Below are positions 1-9,167 of a stretch of DNA of 48,988 nucleotides, in pieces. Below the pieces are notes generated by a model. The model was not told the DNA's origin and made no database searches. It worked only from the letters and a program-made list of their open reading frames with translations. The position numbers were made by a program, and so were the translations under genes. The DNA comes from Pseudobacteriovorax sp. GTDB lineage: Bacteria; Bdellovibrionota_B; Oligoflexia; Oligoflexales; Oligoflexaceae. The stretch spans positions 1 through 48,988 of the forward strand of contig JBNKNM010000021.1 in assembly GCA_050293845.1 (NCBI GenBank). Reading direction: 5' to 3'. Positions within the stretch are counted from its first letter, which is position 1. The number at the start of each line of letters is the position of its first letter.

Positions 1-113
1 TCTCCCAAAGATTTCATTTTTGTGGCCACTTCAGTTTGTGGTTCTTCTGGAACTGTTTCAAAGTACTTATAAGCTCCAAAACTTAAGCCGATTAGAATCA
101 CCACACTGGCTGC
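1..113 (-). CDS. Partial reading frame open to the window edge: membrane-anchored protein fragment, possibly anti-sigma-like
   Basis: A frame shifted by one base from ORF 67..762 reads AASVVILIGLSFGAYKYFETVPEEPQTEVATKMKSLG with no stop before position 1: a TM helix followed by a polar linker. Confidence 0.35.
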
Positions 114-762
114 GAAATTCATACATCGCTTTATCACTGCCGGGTTCTGCGGATCGATAAGGAGCAGATATTTGAGCCTTAGCATAAGGATGTTCGATCT
201 GCAGTTCTTCTTTCTTATAAAGGAGTTGCGCCATAACTTTAACTTCGTCTTCAGTTATAGTTGTATTTTTCATAATGCGGGTTGACAGTGAACCAGAACC
301 GGTAAACATTTGATATATTCCCGAAGCTTCAAAATTTATATCAATGTTTAAGTTTTTATAAAGTTCCGCATGGGAGTGAATAATTTCTACATTGCTTTCT
401 GTGGAGTTTAACGGAGTGAAACTCACTTCAATAGATTCAGGATCAAGACAAAACTCCTTTTGCTGACCAGTAAGTTCATCAAAACCACGCCCTACCAATA
501 GAGGGATTTCAGCTTTGCTTGGTGAAATTTCTCCTTCGCTTAGTAACTCTTCATCAGTTTTTTTAGTATTAGTGTTCTCACTGTCGATGTCACGGGTCAT
601 GATCGCAGTATCTGCTAATTGGTCGCGACGTTTCGCCTCACTACAACTCAGTATCATGAGGCTGGTAAGTAGTCCTAGGACAATTTTAGTTTCAGGGAAA
701 AAGTGGCTGCTTGGCTTTGCTCCGGTTCGGGATTTGATTTGGGTTATCTGCATCAAGTTCAT
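67..762 (-). CDS. Putative lipoprotein with MACPF/CDC-like N-terminal motifs, probably 3'-truncated
   Basis: Hydrophobic stretch ending in lipobox-like ILSC, an acidic linker, and VGRGFDELTG...C and FRSQCGDS motifs, followed by an abrupt stop. Confidence 0.5.
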   Translation of the reverse strand: MNLMQITQIKSRTGAKPSSHFFPETKIVLGLLTSLMILSCSEAKRRDQLADTAIMTRDIDSENTNTKKTDEELLSEGEISPSKAEIPLLVGRGFDELTGQQKEFCLDPESIEVSFTPLNSTESNVEIIHSHAELYKNLNIDINFEASGIYQMFTGSGSLSTRIMKNTTITEDEVKVMAQLLYKKEELQIEHPYAKAQISAPYRSAEPGSDKAMYEFRSQCGDSNRLKFWSL

Positions 763-1099
763 TAGCTTTCCTCAAGAAGTAAATCGACTTTCTCCCCCTT
801 GCAAAATTATGCCCTGTTATATAATTTCTATCATTCAAGCCATTTAACTATGACCATCCTAGATGAAGGCTTTGATACCTGATTGGATATTGGACACTTT
901 ATAAGATCACTCCCTATCTCGCTAATAATAATAAACTATTTGTTTGGAGACTATCGCAAGCTACAAAGTAGATTCCCTCAATCCCGTAGCCATATACCTC
1001 AGATTGATCATACAATACCGTGTTTACCACTTCTGGGATATACCTTGTCTTCCCTAGCTGTTTAGCGTAGGATTGCCGGGCCTAGAGGAGGTAGGAAAT

Positions 1100-1363
1100 A
1101 TGCGATTGCAGAAAGAAATAGAAAGTAAACTACATAAAACTCGCCTAAAGCTAGAAAAGTTTCATGAATACAAAGCACTACTTCGAGAGGATGGCCTCAA
1201 GCCTGACGCTGAAGATAAACAAAAAGAAAGCCGGCTCATACAGCAGATCTTAGGCTTTGAAAAAGATCTGAAAAGACTAAACAAAGGGAACCCAGCAGAT
1301 AAATTACCAAAAACATCAGAAAAATTTGCCAAAGCCAAGGCCAGAGTCAAACGACCCCACTAA
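1100..1363 (+). CDS. Small basic coiled-coil hypothetical protein
   Basis: ATG at 1100 preceded by GAGGAGG/AGGA; 87 aa, rich in K/E/L. Confidence 0.65.
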   Translation: MRLQKEIESKLHKTRLKLEKFHEYKALLREDGLKPDAEDKQKESRLIQQILGFEKDLKRLNKGNPADKLPKTSEKFAKAKARVKRPH

Positions 1364-1462
1364 CCTTTCCTTTTCCATCACTGCGACCAACCCATGCTAA
1401 TGGGAATGACTTTTTTGCCGAAGCCAATTGAGTAAGGCTACGTTTCACTGCTGGGCTATATT

Positions 1463-1780
1463 TTGGTAAAGTCTGTCACGCAATACTGTTTCCTATGGCT
1501 TATTTTTCCCTCCTTGCTTTGGGGGCAGATTCCAAGCCTGCAGTACTGTGGTATTAGTAAAAGTACTAGGGAATATCGTTGCTTTTCGCATTTAGACCGC
1601 TGTCGTTCCTTTAATATACATGGGACCTGTCGAGCTGAAAGGCTGTCCTTTAAGGAAAACATCCCCGTTTGGTGCCTTTATCAGGGTCAAGCGGTTCTTA
1701 GGGGCTGTTACCGCTCTCAGAAGGCGTGTGAGAATCGCGCGAGTAACCTACTAAGATCACGGTGTTTTGCACTCCGATAA
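1463..1780 (+). CDS. Secreted Cys-rich small protein with two 4-Cys repeats
   Basis: Signal-peptide-like N-terminus; mature part has C-x10-C-x6-C-x8-C and C-x10-C-x6-C-x11-C. Confidence 0.6.
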   Translation: MVKSVTQYCFLWLIFPSLLWGQIPSLQYCGISKSTREYRCFSHLDRCRSFNIHGTCRAERLSFKENIPVWCLYQGQAVLRGCYRSQKACENRASNLLRSRCFALR

Positions 1781-1797
1781 TTTAGCCTCGTGGCCCT

Positions 1798-2604
1798 TCA
1801 GAACAGGGAAATTTGCGGAATCGTTTGCGGCGTATAGTGTACCATCGACTCTAATGCCTTATCCCAGAGCTTTTTTCTCAGCAAGCAAGCTTGAATTCCG
1901 TAGGACAAGGCTTCCTGGTAAGCCTTTGGACTATCCATACAGGCTACGTCAAGTAACTTCATGATGCGGGCAACCTGCTGATTGCCATCTAAGTCCATAT
2001 GCCGGCGTAGATAGTAACTGAGGGTAGGAGTTAAAGTACCCGCCGGATAGCTCGTAACTCCCTCCAAATATGGTTTGAAGATTCTTGGAATCAGCTGTTC
2101 ACGACCAAAATAGAAAACTCCAGCTAAGATATGTAAGGGGTAGTTTTGTGCGATATTGATACTAAACTGCATGCACTCTTTCAGTGGTGTCGATAAAATA
2201 TCAGTGTCCAGATTTTTAAGAAATGACTTTATGGGCTTCGAATCAGCGTTCATTTCCTCCATAGCTCTTACATAAAGGCTAAAATGATCGCAAGCCTGAT
2301 CGTTCTGATCAAGATCGGATTCTTCCTCAAGCACCATACTATTAATGAGCCTGATAAGCTCTTTAGGATAGGTACTAGGTTTCCAAGGAACCCTCGTGCA
2401 AGTTATATGACGCTGGAGACCTTTAAGTAGGGTCATATAATCCCACACTGCAAAGACATGATAGCCCATAAAGATTCTAAGATTATGAATATTCATGAGA
2501 TCCTTATAAACAACATGTTCTATTAATTCTTGCTGTACGGCAACCAACTTTTTTTCTAAGACCTGTACTTTTTTCGTTCTCTCATAATGCTCTAAAAATG
2601 CCAT
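1798..2604 (-). CDS. DUF3050 family protein (heme-oxygenase-like fold)
   Basis: Motifs HVFAVWDYMTLLKGLQ, TCTRVPW, EEESD, HFSLY, FGREQLIP, YYLRRH. Confidence 0.85.
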   Translation of the reverse strand: MAFLEHYERTKKVQVLEKKLVAVQQELIEHVVYKDLMNIHNLRIFMGYHVFAVWDYMTLLKGLQRHITCTRVPWKPSTYPKELIRLINSMVLEEESDLDQNDQACDHFSLYVRAMEEMNADSKPIKSFLKNLDTDILSTPLKECMQFSINIAQNYPLHILAGVFYFGREQLIPRIFKPYLEGVTSYPAGTLTPTLSYYLRRHMDLDGNQQVARIMKLLDVACMDSPKAYQEALSYGIQACLLRKKLWDKALESMVHYTPQTIPQISLF

Positions 2605-2658
2605 TTTTCCCCTAACATCAGCTTAGCAATGACAATGGTCATTAATCTTTAGTTAGCG

Positions 2659-4413
2659 CTACTTTTTTGAAGGTTTGGGTAAGGATACGGAACCCTTCGG
2701 CGGATAATGCAAAGTACTTCGCATCTCTTCATACTGGGATGATGCAAAGTCAGGAAATGGTAAATTCCCATCTTGACGCAATGATTCAATTTCCTCCTCC
2801 TTGACCTTCTGTATAGACGGATCAAGCGATGGGGCCTTATCTTGATAAACTGTACGGGAAGGAAATGCGAAACTAGTGCCAGCTTCTTCTGTAATATCCA
2901 TCATTCTTAACAGCAGATCTTCCCGAATGGCAAGGTACTCATACCAGCGGAAGGTATTTAAATGACAGAATATTTCGATATTAAGAGAGTATTCACCGAA
3001 GCCATCAAAGCGAACACGGATAGCTTCATCTTGTAAAACCTGAGGATGAGACACCAACATGCGCCGTAATTCTTTAATGTAATAGCGCAGCTGATCTACT
3101 GTTGTTTCATAACGAATACCTAGTTTGCTTTCAAATTTCATCTTATCTCGTTTAGAAAGGTTCTCCAAAGTCATCTGCGAAAATTCTCGATTGGGAATGG
3201 TAATTAAGGTTCTTTCTAAAGTGCGTATCCGTGTGGAACGCAAGCCAATATCTTCAACCTTTCCTAACTGCGAGTTAAAGCGACAAATGTCTCCCACCCG
3301 AACCGGTTGATCTGTGATTAATGCAATTCCGGAGAAAAGGTTTTCCAGGGATTTTTGTGCCGCCAGAGCCACGGCGATACCACCAACCCCAAGACCAGCT
3401 AATAGTGCTGTAATATCAACATTGTATACTCTCAACAAGGCGAGGGTTGTAATGATAAATAATAAAATCTTCGCCAACCGTCGGCCTAAGGGAATCACGG
3501 AACCGGCCGAATAAAGTTCCCTCTTTTCTAAGCGGTACTGAAAAATGACAGTAAAAATATCGATGGAACGCAAAAGTCCCCAGGTTAAGGCGATTACCAG
3601 AATCGTGCCCAAGACAGCAGTGACAATCTTTTGTGCCGCTAGGGTTAAATTTAGACTGAAAGCTAATAGCACCCATAATAACACTGCTACAAAAAGAAAT
3701 ATCGGTTTTCTTAAATCTATCAACTGATTTTTTTTGGGATAATCACTCAAAGATCGGCTCAACCTGGGGATAAGCTTTAAGATCTTCTTCGTAAAAAACT
3801 TGGCTAGCCAGCCCGAGATAGGAAAGAATATGATGGTAATAATCCACTGCCAGAGTTGAACTGTAAACATCTGCATTTCCACTAAAAATGCAGGGAGATA
3901 CTCGATAATTTTGAGGTTGCTATAAAGCTCGTAGAGTTCGGGGATATTCTTAACCGTACTTTTCGAAAATTTCCAAACTAAGACTTTGGGTCCCCACATA
4001 CGATCAAGATAAAAACTGTATTTTTGACTATCCTTTTCAATCACCCAAGCCAGATCACGAGTGTTTGACAAACCATCCTTTGCAACACCCTTAGGAGTAT
4101 TGGCTAAACTCATTTCATCAACTTCAATAGCCCTATCAATGATAAATTTGAGTTTTTGAGCCAGGATGGAACCTTGTTCTTTACGCTTTAATTTGGGAAC
4201 CGAGCGTAAATCTAGATATAATCTGGCACGTTCGAAATCCCCATCTTCACAAGCTTTTATAAAACCAAGTAGGGAACCCCGTGGTGTGTCTCGTTCATAT
4301 TCATCACGAAAATTGTAGACAACATCCTCTTCATTTTCCTCTGCTGCATACAAGCAAGGGGAAATGACTAGAATAAGCATAGAAAAAACAAGCAGCTTCA
4401 GGACAAATGGCAC
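2659..4413 (-). CDS. MscS-family mechanosensitive channel with periplasmic N-terminal domain
   Basis: ALLAGLGVGGIAVALAAQKSLENLFSG, DQPVRVGD, GKVEDIGLRSTRIRT, FAFPSRT; signal peptide and several TM helices. Confidence 0.92.
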   Translation of the reverse strand: MPFVLKLLVFSMLILVISPCLYAAEENEEDVVYNFRDEYERDTPRGSLLGFIKACEDGDFERARLYLDLRSVPKLKRKEQGSILAQKLKFIIDRAIEVDEMSLANTPKGVAKDGLSNTRDLAWVIEKDSQKYSFYLDRMWGPKVLVWKFSKSTVKNIPELYELYSNLKIIEYLPAFLVEMQMFTVQLWQWIITIIFFPISGWLAKFFTKKILKLIPRLSRSLSDYPKKNQLIDLRKPIFLFVAVLLWVLLAFSLNLTLAAQKIVTAVLGTILVIALTWGLLRSIDIFTVIFQYRLEKRELYSAGSVIPLGRRLAKILLFIITTLALLRVYNVDITALLAGLGVGGIAVALAAQKSLENLFSGIALITDQPVRVGDICRFNSQLGKVEDIGLRSTRIRTLERTLITIPNREFSQMTLENLSKRDKMKFESKLGIRYETTVDQLRYYIKELRRMLVSHPQVLQDEAIRVRFDGFGEYSLNIEIFCHLNTFRWYEYLAIREDLLLRMMDITEEAGTSFAFPSRTVYQDKAPSLDPSIQKVKEEEIESLRQDGNLPFPDFASSQYEEMRSTLHYPPKGSVSLPKPSKK

Positions 4414-4537
4414 TTTTTCACCTCTTCAGGCTATCGCTCAGGCTTCAAGAGTCACTTAAAATATTAACTTCACTGATTTCACTTGTATTATGAAACATCT
4501 GCCTACCTCAGTTGTAAGGTACGTAGTAGAATCAAGG

Positions 4538-5374
4538 CTAATAGGATTTTACCTTGATGACGATCCTGCGAGCATTGCGTTTATGATCAGGAAGATAAGG
4601 CTCTTCTATAGGTTCCATTTCTCCCATGCCAATAGCGATGACCCGTTCAGAATCAAAGCCCAATTCGTTCACTAGATACTGTCGGATAGTTAGTGCTCTT
4701 TGATAGGACTCCACCTGATTGGTATCTGTGGGACCTTCGGCATCAGTATGGCCCTCAACAATGAGCTTAGGCAGCTTTGAGTTGCGAAATACTTGGGAGA
4801 TGCGGGATAGGACTTCTTTCCCTGCGGGGCTTAACTCATAGGTGTTAGGGTAAGCATAGGGGTCTCTGAACAAAGACATAAAAGATATGACCTTCGTCGG
4901 CGAAATATGAGTCGTGCGGATTATGGAAAATCGCTTGGGTACAGCAAGATCCCCAACCATAATATTAGGGTAGCGTCGCAAGAGCAAACGGGACTCATCT
5001 GTGGCACTCTTGCTCACCTTTGCAGTTATATAACGATCATGAATCGCTGTGATTTTTGCCACTCCTGTGGCAACATTATGATCTGTAGTTTGACGCCGGA
5101 TATCAACCACGGTACCTTCCTGCAAAGGTTCTGCAGTGAAGTTTTTTAAGATCAGGAACTCTCCTTTCTTATTGGTGAAAACCTGATCCACCCAGATATG
5201 ACCAGCCATATCAACATTATCACCTTCTTGCGCAATATCATGGAGATTTGTGGCAGGTTTTACATATTTTCTATAGACAACCTCTCCAAGACTGTGGTTT
5301 GTAGAGACGGCGACGGAAAAAACAGCCAAGTAAGTTATAATTGCGTATAAAGATCTACCATTGATGTTTACCAT
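4538..5374 (-). CDS. Exported OmpA/MotB-type peptidoglycan-binding protein with N-terminal beta domain
   Basis: C-terminal IVEGHTD...NQVESYQRA...GMGEMEP...NARRIVI; N-terminal hydrophobic signal. Confidence 0.85.
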   Translation of the reverse strand: MVNINGRSLYAIITYLAVFSVAVSTNHSLGEVVYRKYVKPATNLHDIAQEGDNVDMAGHIWVDQVFTNKKGEFLILKNFTAEPLQEGTVVDIRRQTTDHNVATGVAKITAIHDRYITAKVSKSATDESRLLLRRYPNIMVGDLAVPKRFSIIRTTHISPTKVISFMSLFRDPYAYPNTYELSPAGKEVLSRISQVFRNSKLPKLIVEGHTDAEGPTDTNQVESYQRALTIRQYLVNELGFDSERVIAIGMGEMEPIEEPYLPDHKRNARRIVIKVKSY

Positions 5375-5412
5375 GATGGCCTCTTACTATTGAAGTGCTG
5401 GGAGCACCCTGA

Positions 5413-5439
5413 TAATCGTCTTACCTGAGGAAAGGTTTA
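5413..5439 (-). promoter_or_regulatory. Sigma28 (FliA)-like promoter upstream of the OmpA-domain gene
   Basis: Minus strand TAAA-N15-GACGATTA versus consensus TAAA-N15-GCCGATAA. Confidence 0.55.
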
Positions 5440-5519
5440 GTTGATCTTATATAACTATATAAAATCATTATATTTAGAATCTTACCTCTGCGACAAATTT
5501 GGCACTAGGAGGCAAGGCT

Positions 5520-6170
5520 ATGGCTCCATTTGAAGACTTCCTTTTTGACGGGCGAAAAAAAAATGAGACCTATCAAAAAACTCTGGAAACATTGCTCGAG
5601 CTAAATCCACCGCCTACTGGTCCTACGATCCAAGAAGTTTTCTCGTCAGCTCCTTATTTGGTAGGCAAAATTCCAAGCCTCTTAGACCCTGACTTCGAAA
5701 AAATTGTAAAAGCTAGACAAATTCAACTTATTCTCTGCAACCGTCTCCTCGCCGAACCCCAAGAAGCCCGTAAATGCATTGCTGACTGTCCCAAGCCGAT
5801 CTTGGTCAAATTGAATTCACTTGAACCCACTGAACTATTAGCCTCACGTCTGCTTGGAATATATGGTGGTATCATAGATATCACAAATCACGATACCGCA
5901 GCCGTGCAATTATGTATCGAAACGGGTCGGAGTTATAACTTTAAAGTTTTCGTCCGCTGTGATTCCGAGCATGATGCCAAGAAAACTCAGCAAATTGACT
6001 GCAACGTCATATGGGCTTCCCCACATTTAAATAAAAATGTTTTGCTGCATATCCCCAACACTCGCCTTTTAATTAAGGAACTAAATGCTCTGGAGGACAT
6101 GGATGAACTAGTGGATTTACCACACCGTATCGGCATTGAGTTAACAAAGCAATTAACCGACTTTTCTTAA
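5520..6170 (+). CDS. Degenerate indole-3-glycerol-phosphate synthase (TrpC)-like TIM-barrel protein
   Basis: PILVK...ELLASRLLG...VFVRCDSEHD...IPNTRLLIKE follows the TrpC pattern PVLRK...QIYEARxxG...VLVEVHDEEE...IPxxxLVVSE; GGAGG RBS before ATG 5520. Confidence 0.55.
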   Translation: MAPFEDFLFDGRKKNETYQKTLETLLELNPPPTGPTIQEVFSSAPYLVGKIPSLLDPDFEKIVKARQIQLILCNRLLAEPQEARKCIADCPKPILVKLNSLEPTELLASRLLGIYGGIIDITNHDTAAVQLCIETGRSYNFKVFVRCDSEHDAKKTQQIDCNVIWASPHLNKNVLLHIPNTRLLIKELNALEDMDELVDLPHRIGIELTKQLTDFS

Positions 6171-6189
6171 ATTTTAGGAGTATCATAAT

Positions 6190-7215
6190 ATGTCAGAGCA
6201 AAAGAATCTCTATAAGGAAGCAGGAGTTGACATTGAGCGAGGAGACGCCCTAGTCAATTGGCTACAGGATGACAAGTCTGATCGTACCCATGGTTTAGGA
6301 GAAGTTGTTTCGGGAATCGGTGGATTTTCAGCCCTGTTTCGTCCTAACTTTTCAGGAATGAAAGATCCGCTCATTGTTTCTGGAACTGATGGCGTTGGAA
6401 CCAAAGTGCTCTTGGGTATAGAAACAGACAAGCTTGAAGGGCTTGGTGTTGATTTGGTATCTATGTGTGTCAATGACCTCTATACTATCGGCGCCCAACC
6501 CTTATTTTTTCTCGATTATTACGCCACTGGCGTGCTGAATGAAAGCCAGTTCAAGCGCATTCTCACGGGAATAAAGCAAGCCTTACAGCAGTGTCATGCA
6601 ATGCTACTCGGAGGCGAGACTGCCGAGCTTCCTGGGCTCTATACGAAAGGACACTTTGATTTAGCGGGCTTTATCGTTGGTGTGGTTGATGGTGTGAAAC
6701 GCATCCATCCGGGATTGGTAGGCCCGGGAGATGTTATTGTCTCCTTTGCCAGCAGTGGATTCCATTCCAACGGTTATTCCCTTATCCGCAAGTGGTTAGA
6801 TAAAAACCCAGCTGACAGCGCAACCCTCGATAACATTATGACTCCCACAAAAGTCTATGGCAATATCCCATCCCTACTACAGAGCTTGCCCGACAACACC
6901 ATCCATGCACTTGCCAACATCACAGGCGGTGGCATTTCGGGAAATCTTCCCCGTGTTTTACCTGAGGGTGTCGTTGCTAACATTGAGCAAAGTAAAGTAC
7001 CTGTTCCTGATTGGATGATGAGCTTTTGTCATGCTAACGGAGCAGAGTTTCAGGACGTCGAGAATGTGTTCAATATGGGGGCTGGCATGATTGCAGTAGT
7101 GGCAAGGGACAGCATCGATGCCGTCATGTCCCAATCTAAGAGCTTAGGCCTGCAGCCAACCATAATCGGCGAAATCTCTTCTGGTCTTGGTTCCGCCCAT
7201 GTTAAGTATTGCTAG
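6190..7215 (+). CDS. purM: Phosphoribosylformylglycinamidine cyclo-ligase (AIR synthetase)
   Basis: YKEAGVDI, SGTDGVGTK, FFLDYYATG, GGETAELPG, SSGFHSNGYSL, ITGGG, FNMGAG. Confidence 0.97.
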   Translation: MSEQKNLYKEAGVDIERGDALVNWLQDDKSDRTHGLGEVVSGIGGFSALFRPNFSGMKDPLIVSGTDGVGTKVLLGIETDKLEGLGVDLVSMCVNDLYTIGAQPLFFLDYYATGVLNESQFKRILTGIKQALQQCHAMLLGGETAELPGLYTKGHFDLAGFIVGVVDGVKRIHPGLVGPGDVIVSFASSGFHSNGYSLIRKWLDKNPADSATLDNIMTPTKVYGNIPSLLQSLPDNTIHALANITGGGISGNLPRVLPEGVVANIEQSKVPVPDWMMSFCHANGAEFQDVENVFNMGAGMIAVVARDSIDAVMSQSKSLGLQPTIIGEISSGLGSAHVKYC

Positions 7216-7223
7216 GAGTTGAA

Positions 7224-8219
7224 ATGAAAGCTCAAGAAATGCCTACACATATTTTAAGCTCAGCACAGTTTGATCGCAAATTCCTCGATTATATTTGTTT
7301 ATTGACCGACACGATTCGTCGCTTCGATAAATCTAAAGAGGGTTTGATGTACCTTAAGGGGCTTTTGTCTCATAAACGAGCCATGTTGTACTTTACCCAG
7401 CCGTCAACCCGCACCTTTCTGTCTTTTCAATCAGCATGCCATATACTGGGGATGCCAACCAGCGAGATTCGAGATTCTTCGACAAGTTCCGAAAGAAAGG
7501 GGGAATCCATAGAGGACTCGCTCCAAACCTTCTCATCCTATGTCGATCTCATTGTTATGAGGACAGCCATACCGGGCCTATGCGATCGGATTGCCAGTTA
7601 TTTAGATCAGAGTGACCGTCCTGTTCCTATCATCAATGCGGGCAGTGGCCCAGACGAGCATCCTACTCAGGCCCTATTAGATATCTATACCCTAAACCGC
7701 AGTTTTATTAGGCAAGGGGGAATCGAAGGCAAAACCATCACCTTGGTGGGTGACTTGAAACGGGGGCGAACAGTCCGCTCGCTCAGTAGTCTCTTAAGTA
7801 ATTACCAAGGAGTAAAGCTGCGTTTTGTGTCGCCTACAGAATTCAAAATAGAAGAAGATCTGCGATCTCTATTACAGGCGAAAGGCATGATTTTTGAGGA
7901 AACCTCCCATCTCCTTGACGCCATTGACGGTGCCGATGCTATCTATATGACAAGGGTTCAGGATGAATATGATCGTCAGAATGAGTCCCAAGCTGTCGAC
8001 ACAAGTTCCTTCCATTTGAAGTTTGAACATCTTAAAATATTAAAGGACAACACCGTAATCATGCATCCGCTACCACGACGGGATGAATTAGATCAGCGTA
8101 TCGATAGTGACCCGCGGGCAAGATATTGGCGTCAAGAACGCAATGGCATGTGGACCCGGGTTGCATTACTGACTATCATGCTAGGAGTCGACCAGCAGAT
8201 CGTGCTCCCGGAGTTATAG
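7224..8219 (+). CDS. pyrB: Aspartate carbamoyltransferase catalytic subunit
   Basis: PSTRT, KGES, INAGSG, HPTQALLD, GDLKRGRTVRS, YMTRVQ, MHPLPR. Confidence 0.95.
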   Translation: MKAQEMPTHILSSAQFDRKFLDYICLLTDTIRRFDKSKEGLMYLKGLLSHKRAMLYFTQPSTRTFLSFQSACHILGMPTSEIRDSSTSSERKGESIEDSLQTFSSYVDLIVMRTAIPGLCDRIASYLDQSDRPVPIINAGSGPDEHPTQALLDIYTLNRSFIRQGGIEGKTITLVGDLKRGRTVRSLSSLLSNYQGVKLRFVSPTEFKIEEDLRSLLQAKGMIFEETSHLLDAIDGADAIYMTRVQDEYDRQNESQAVDTSSFHLKFEHLKILKDNTVIMHPLPRRDELDQRIDSDPRARYWRQERNGMWTRVALLTIMLGVDQQIVLPEL

Positions 8220-8270
8220 CTTGGACTTACAAAGTCTAGGTAGATAGTTTCTCAGAAAGCTAGGATTTGA

Positions 8271-9131
8271 ATGGATACGTTAAAATTGGCTTCCCTTAGT
8301 TTTTGCAGTGGAAATGACAAAACAGCAAACATCCAAAGGGCCCAAAAACTGATCATAGCAGCTGCTGAGCAAGGGGCCGATTGGATTCTATTGCCAGAAA
8401 TTTTTAGTTTTCATGGTTCCTACGAACATTTGTACATTAATGCAGAGTTTGAAGGCGGACCAACATTTCAAATCCTCGCGAATCTAGCCTCTCATCATAG
8501 GGTTTGTATATTCGCTGGTACCATGGGTGAACGACCTGAAGAGAGTCTGCCGGTAGCCAAGCGCTTTAATAGCCAAGGGCAGCGTCGAGTTTATAATACA
8601 ATGTATGTTTTCAATCGCGAAGGGAAGTTAGCTGGGAAGTACCGTAAAACTCATCTTTTTAGCCTTCTGGGTCATGATGCAACACATACTTACTGCGAGC
8701 CTGACGGTTATATTCCCGGGGACACGCGCACCGTCATTACTCTAGAAGACTGGACTGTTGGCTTAAGTGTATGCTATGATTTGCGCTTTCCAGAGTTTTT
8801 CTGCGCTATGGGACGCAGCCAACCATTAGACATGATCGTACTCCCAGCAGCATTTACCTATCATACAGGTAAGTCCCATTGGGAGCTGCTCCTAAAAGCC
8901 AGAGCCGTGGAAAACCAATGTTTTGTATTTGCCTCCAATCAGTGTGGAGAGCATCGTCCTGGCCGCAAGTCTTGGGGACATTCCATGATTATTGATCCTT
9001 GGGGTCAAAAACTTGCTAGCACAGGTGAAAGTTCTGGAATAGCCTTCGCTGAAATAAATAAATCAGACATGAACACCATACGCAGTAAATTGCCGGCTTT
9101 GGATAACCGGCGACCTGAGCTATATCTTTAG
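8271..9131 (+). CDS. Carbon-nitrogen hydrolase (Nit1/deaminated glutathione amidase-like)
   Basis: Glu-Lys-Cys triad motifs LPE, YRKTHLF, VCYDLRFPE; also ARAVENQ and WGHSMIIDPWG. Confidence 0.9.
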   Translation: MDTLKLASLSFCSGNDKTANIQRAQKLIIAAAEQGADWILLPEIFSFHGSYEHLYINAEFEGGPTFQILANLASHHRVCIFAGTMGERPEESLPVAKRFNSQGQRRVYNTMYVFNREGKLAGKYRKTHLFSLLGHDATHTYCEPDGYIPGDTRTVITLEDWTVGLSVCYDLRFPEFFCAMGRSQPLDMIVLPAAFTYHTGKSHWELLLKARAVENQCFVFASNQCGEHRPGRKSWGHSMIIDPWGQKLASTGESSGIAFAEINKSDMNTIRSKLPALDNRRPELYL

Positions 9132-9167
9132 CATTATGTAGCGGAGCAATTTCTATCTGGAGTCCTA

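Noticed and set aside
883..1065. 60-aa plus-strand ORF
   Set aside because: TTG start, no clear RBS, no motifs; lies in a divergent promoter region.
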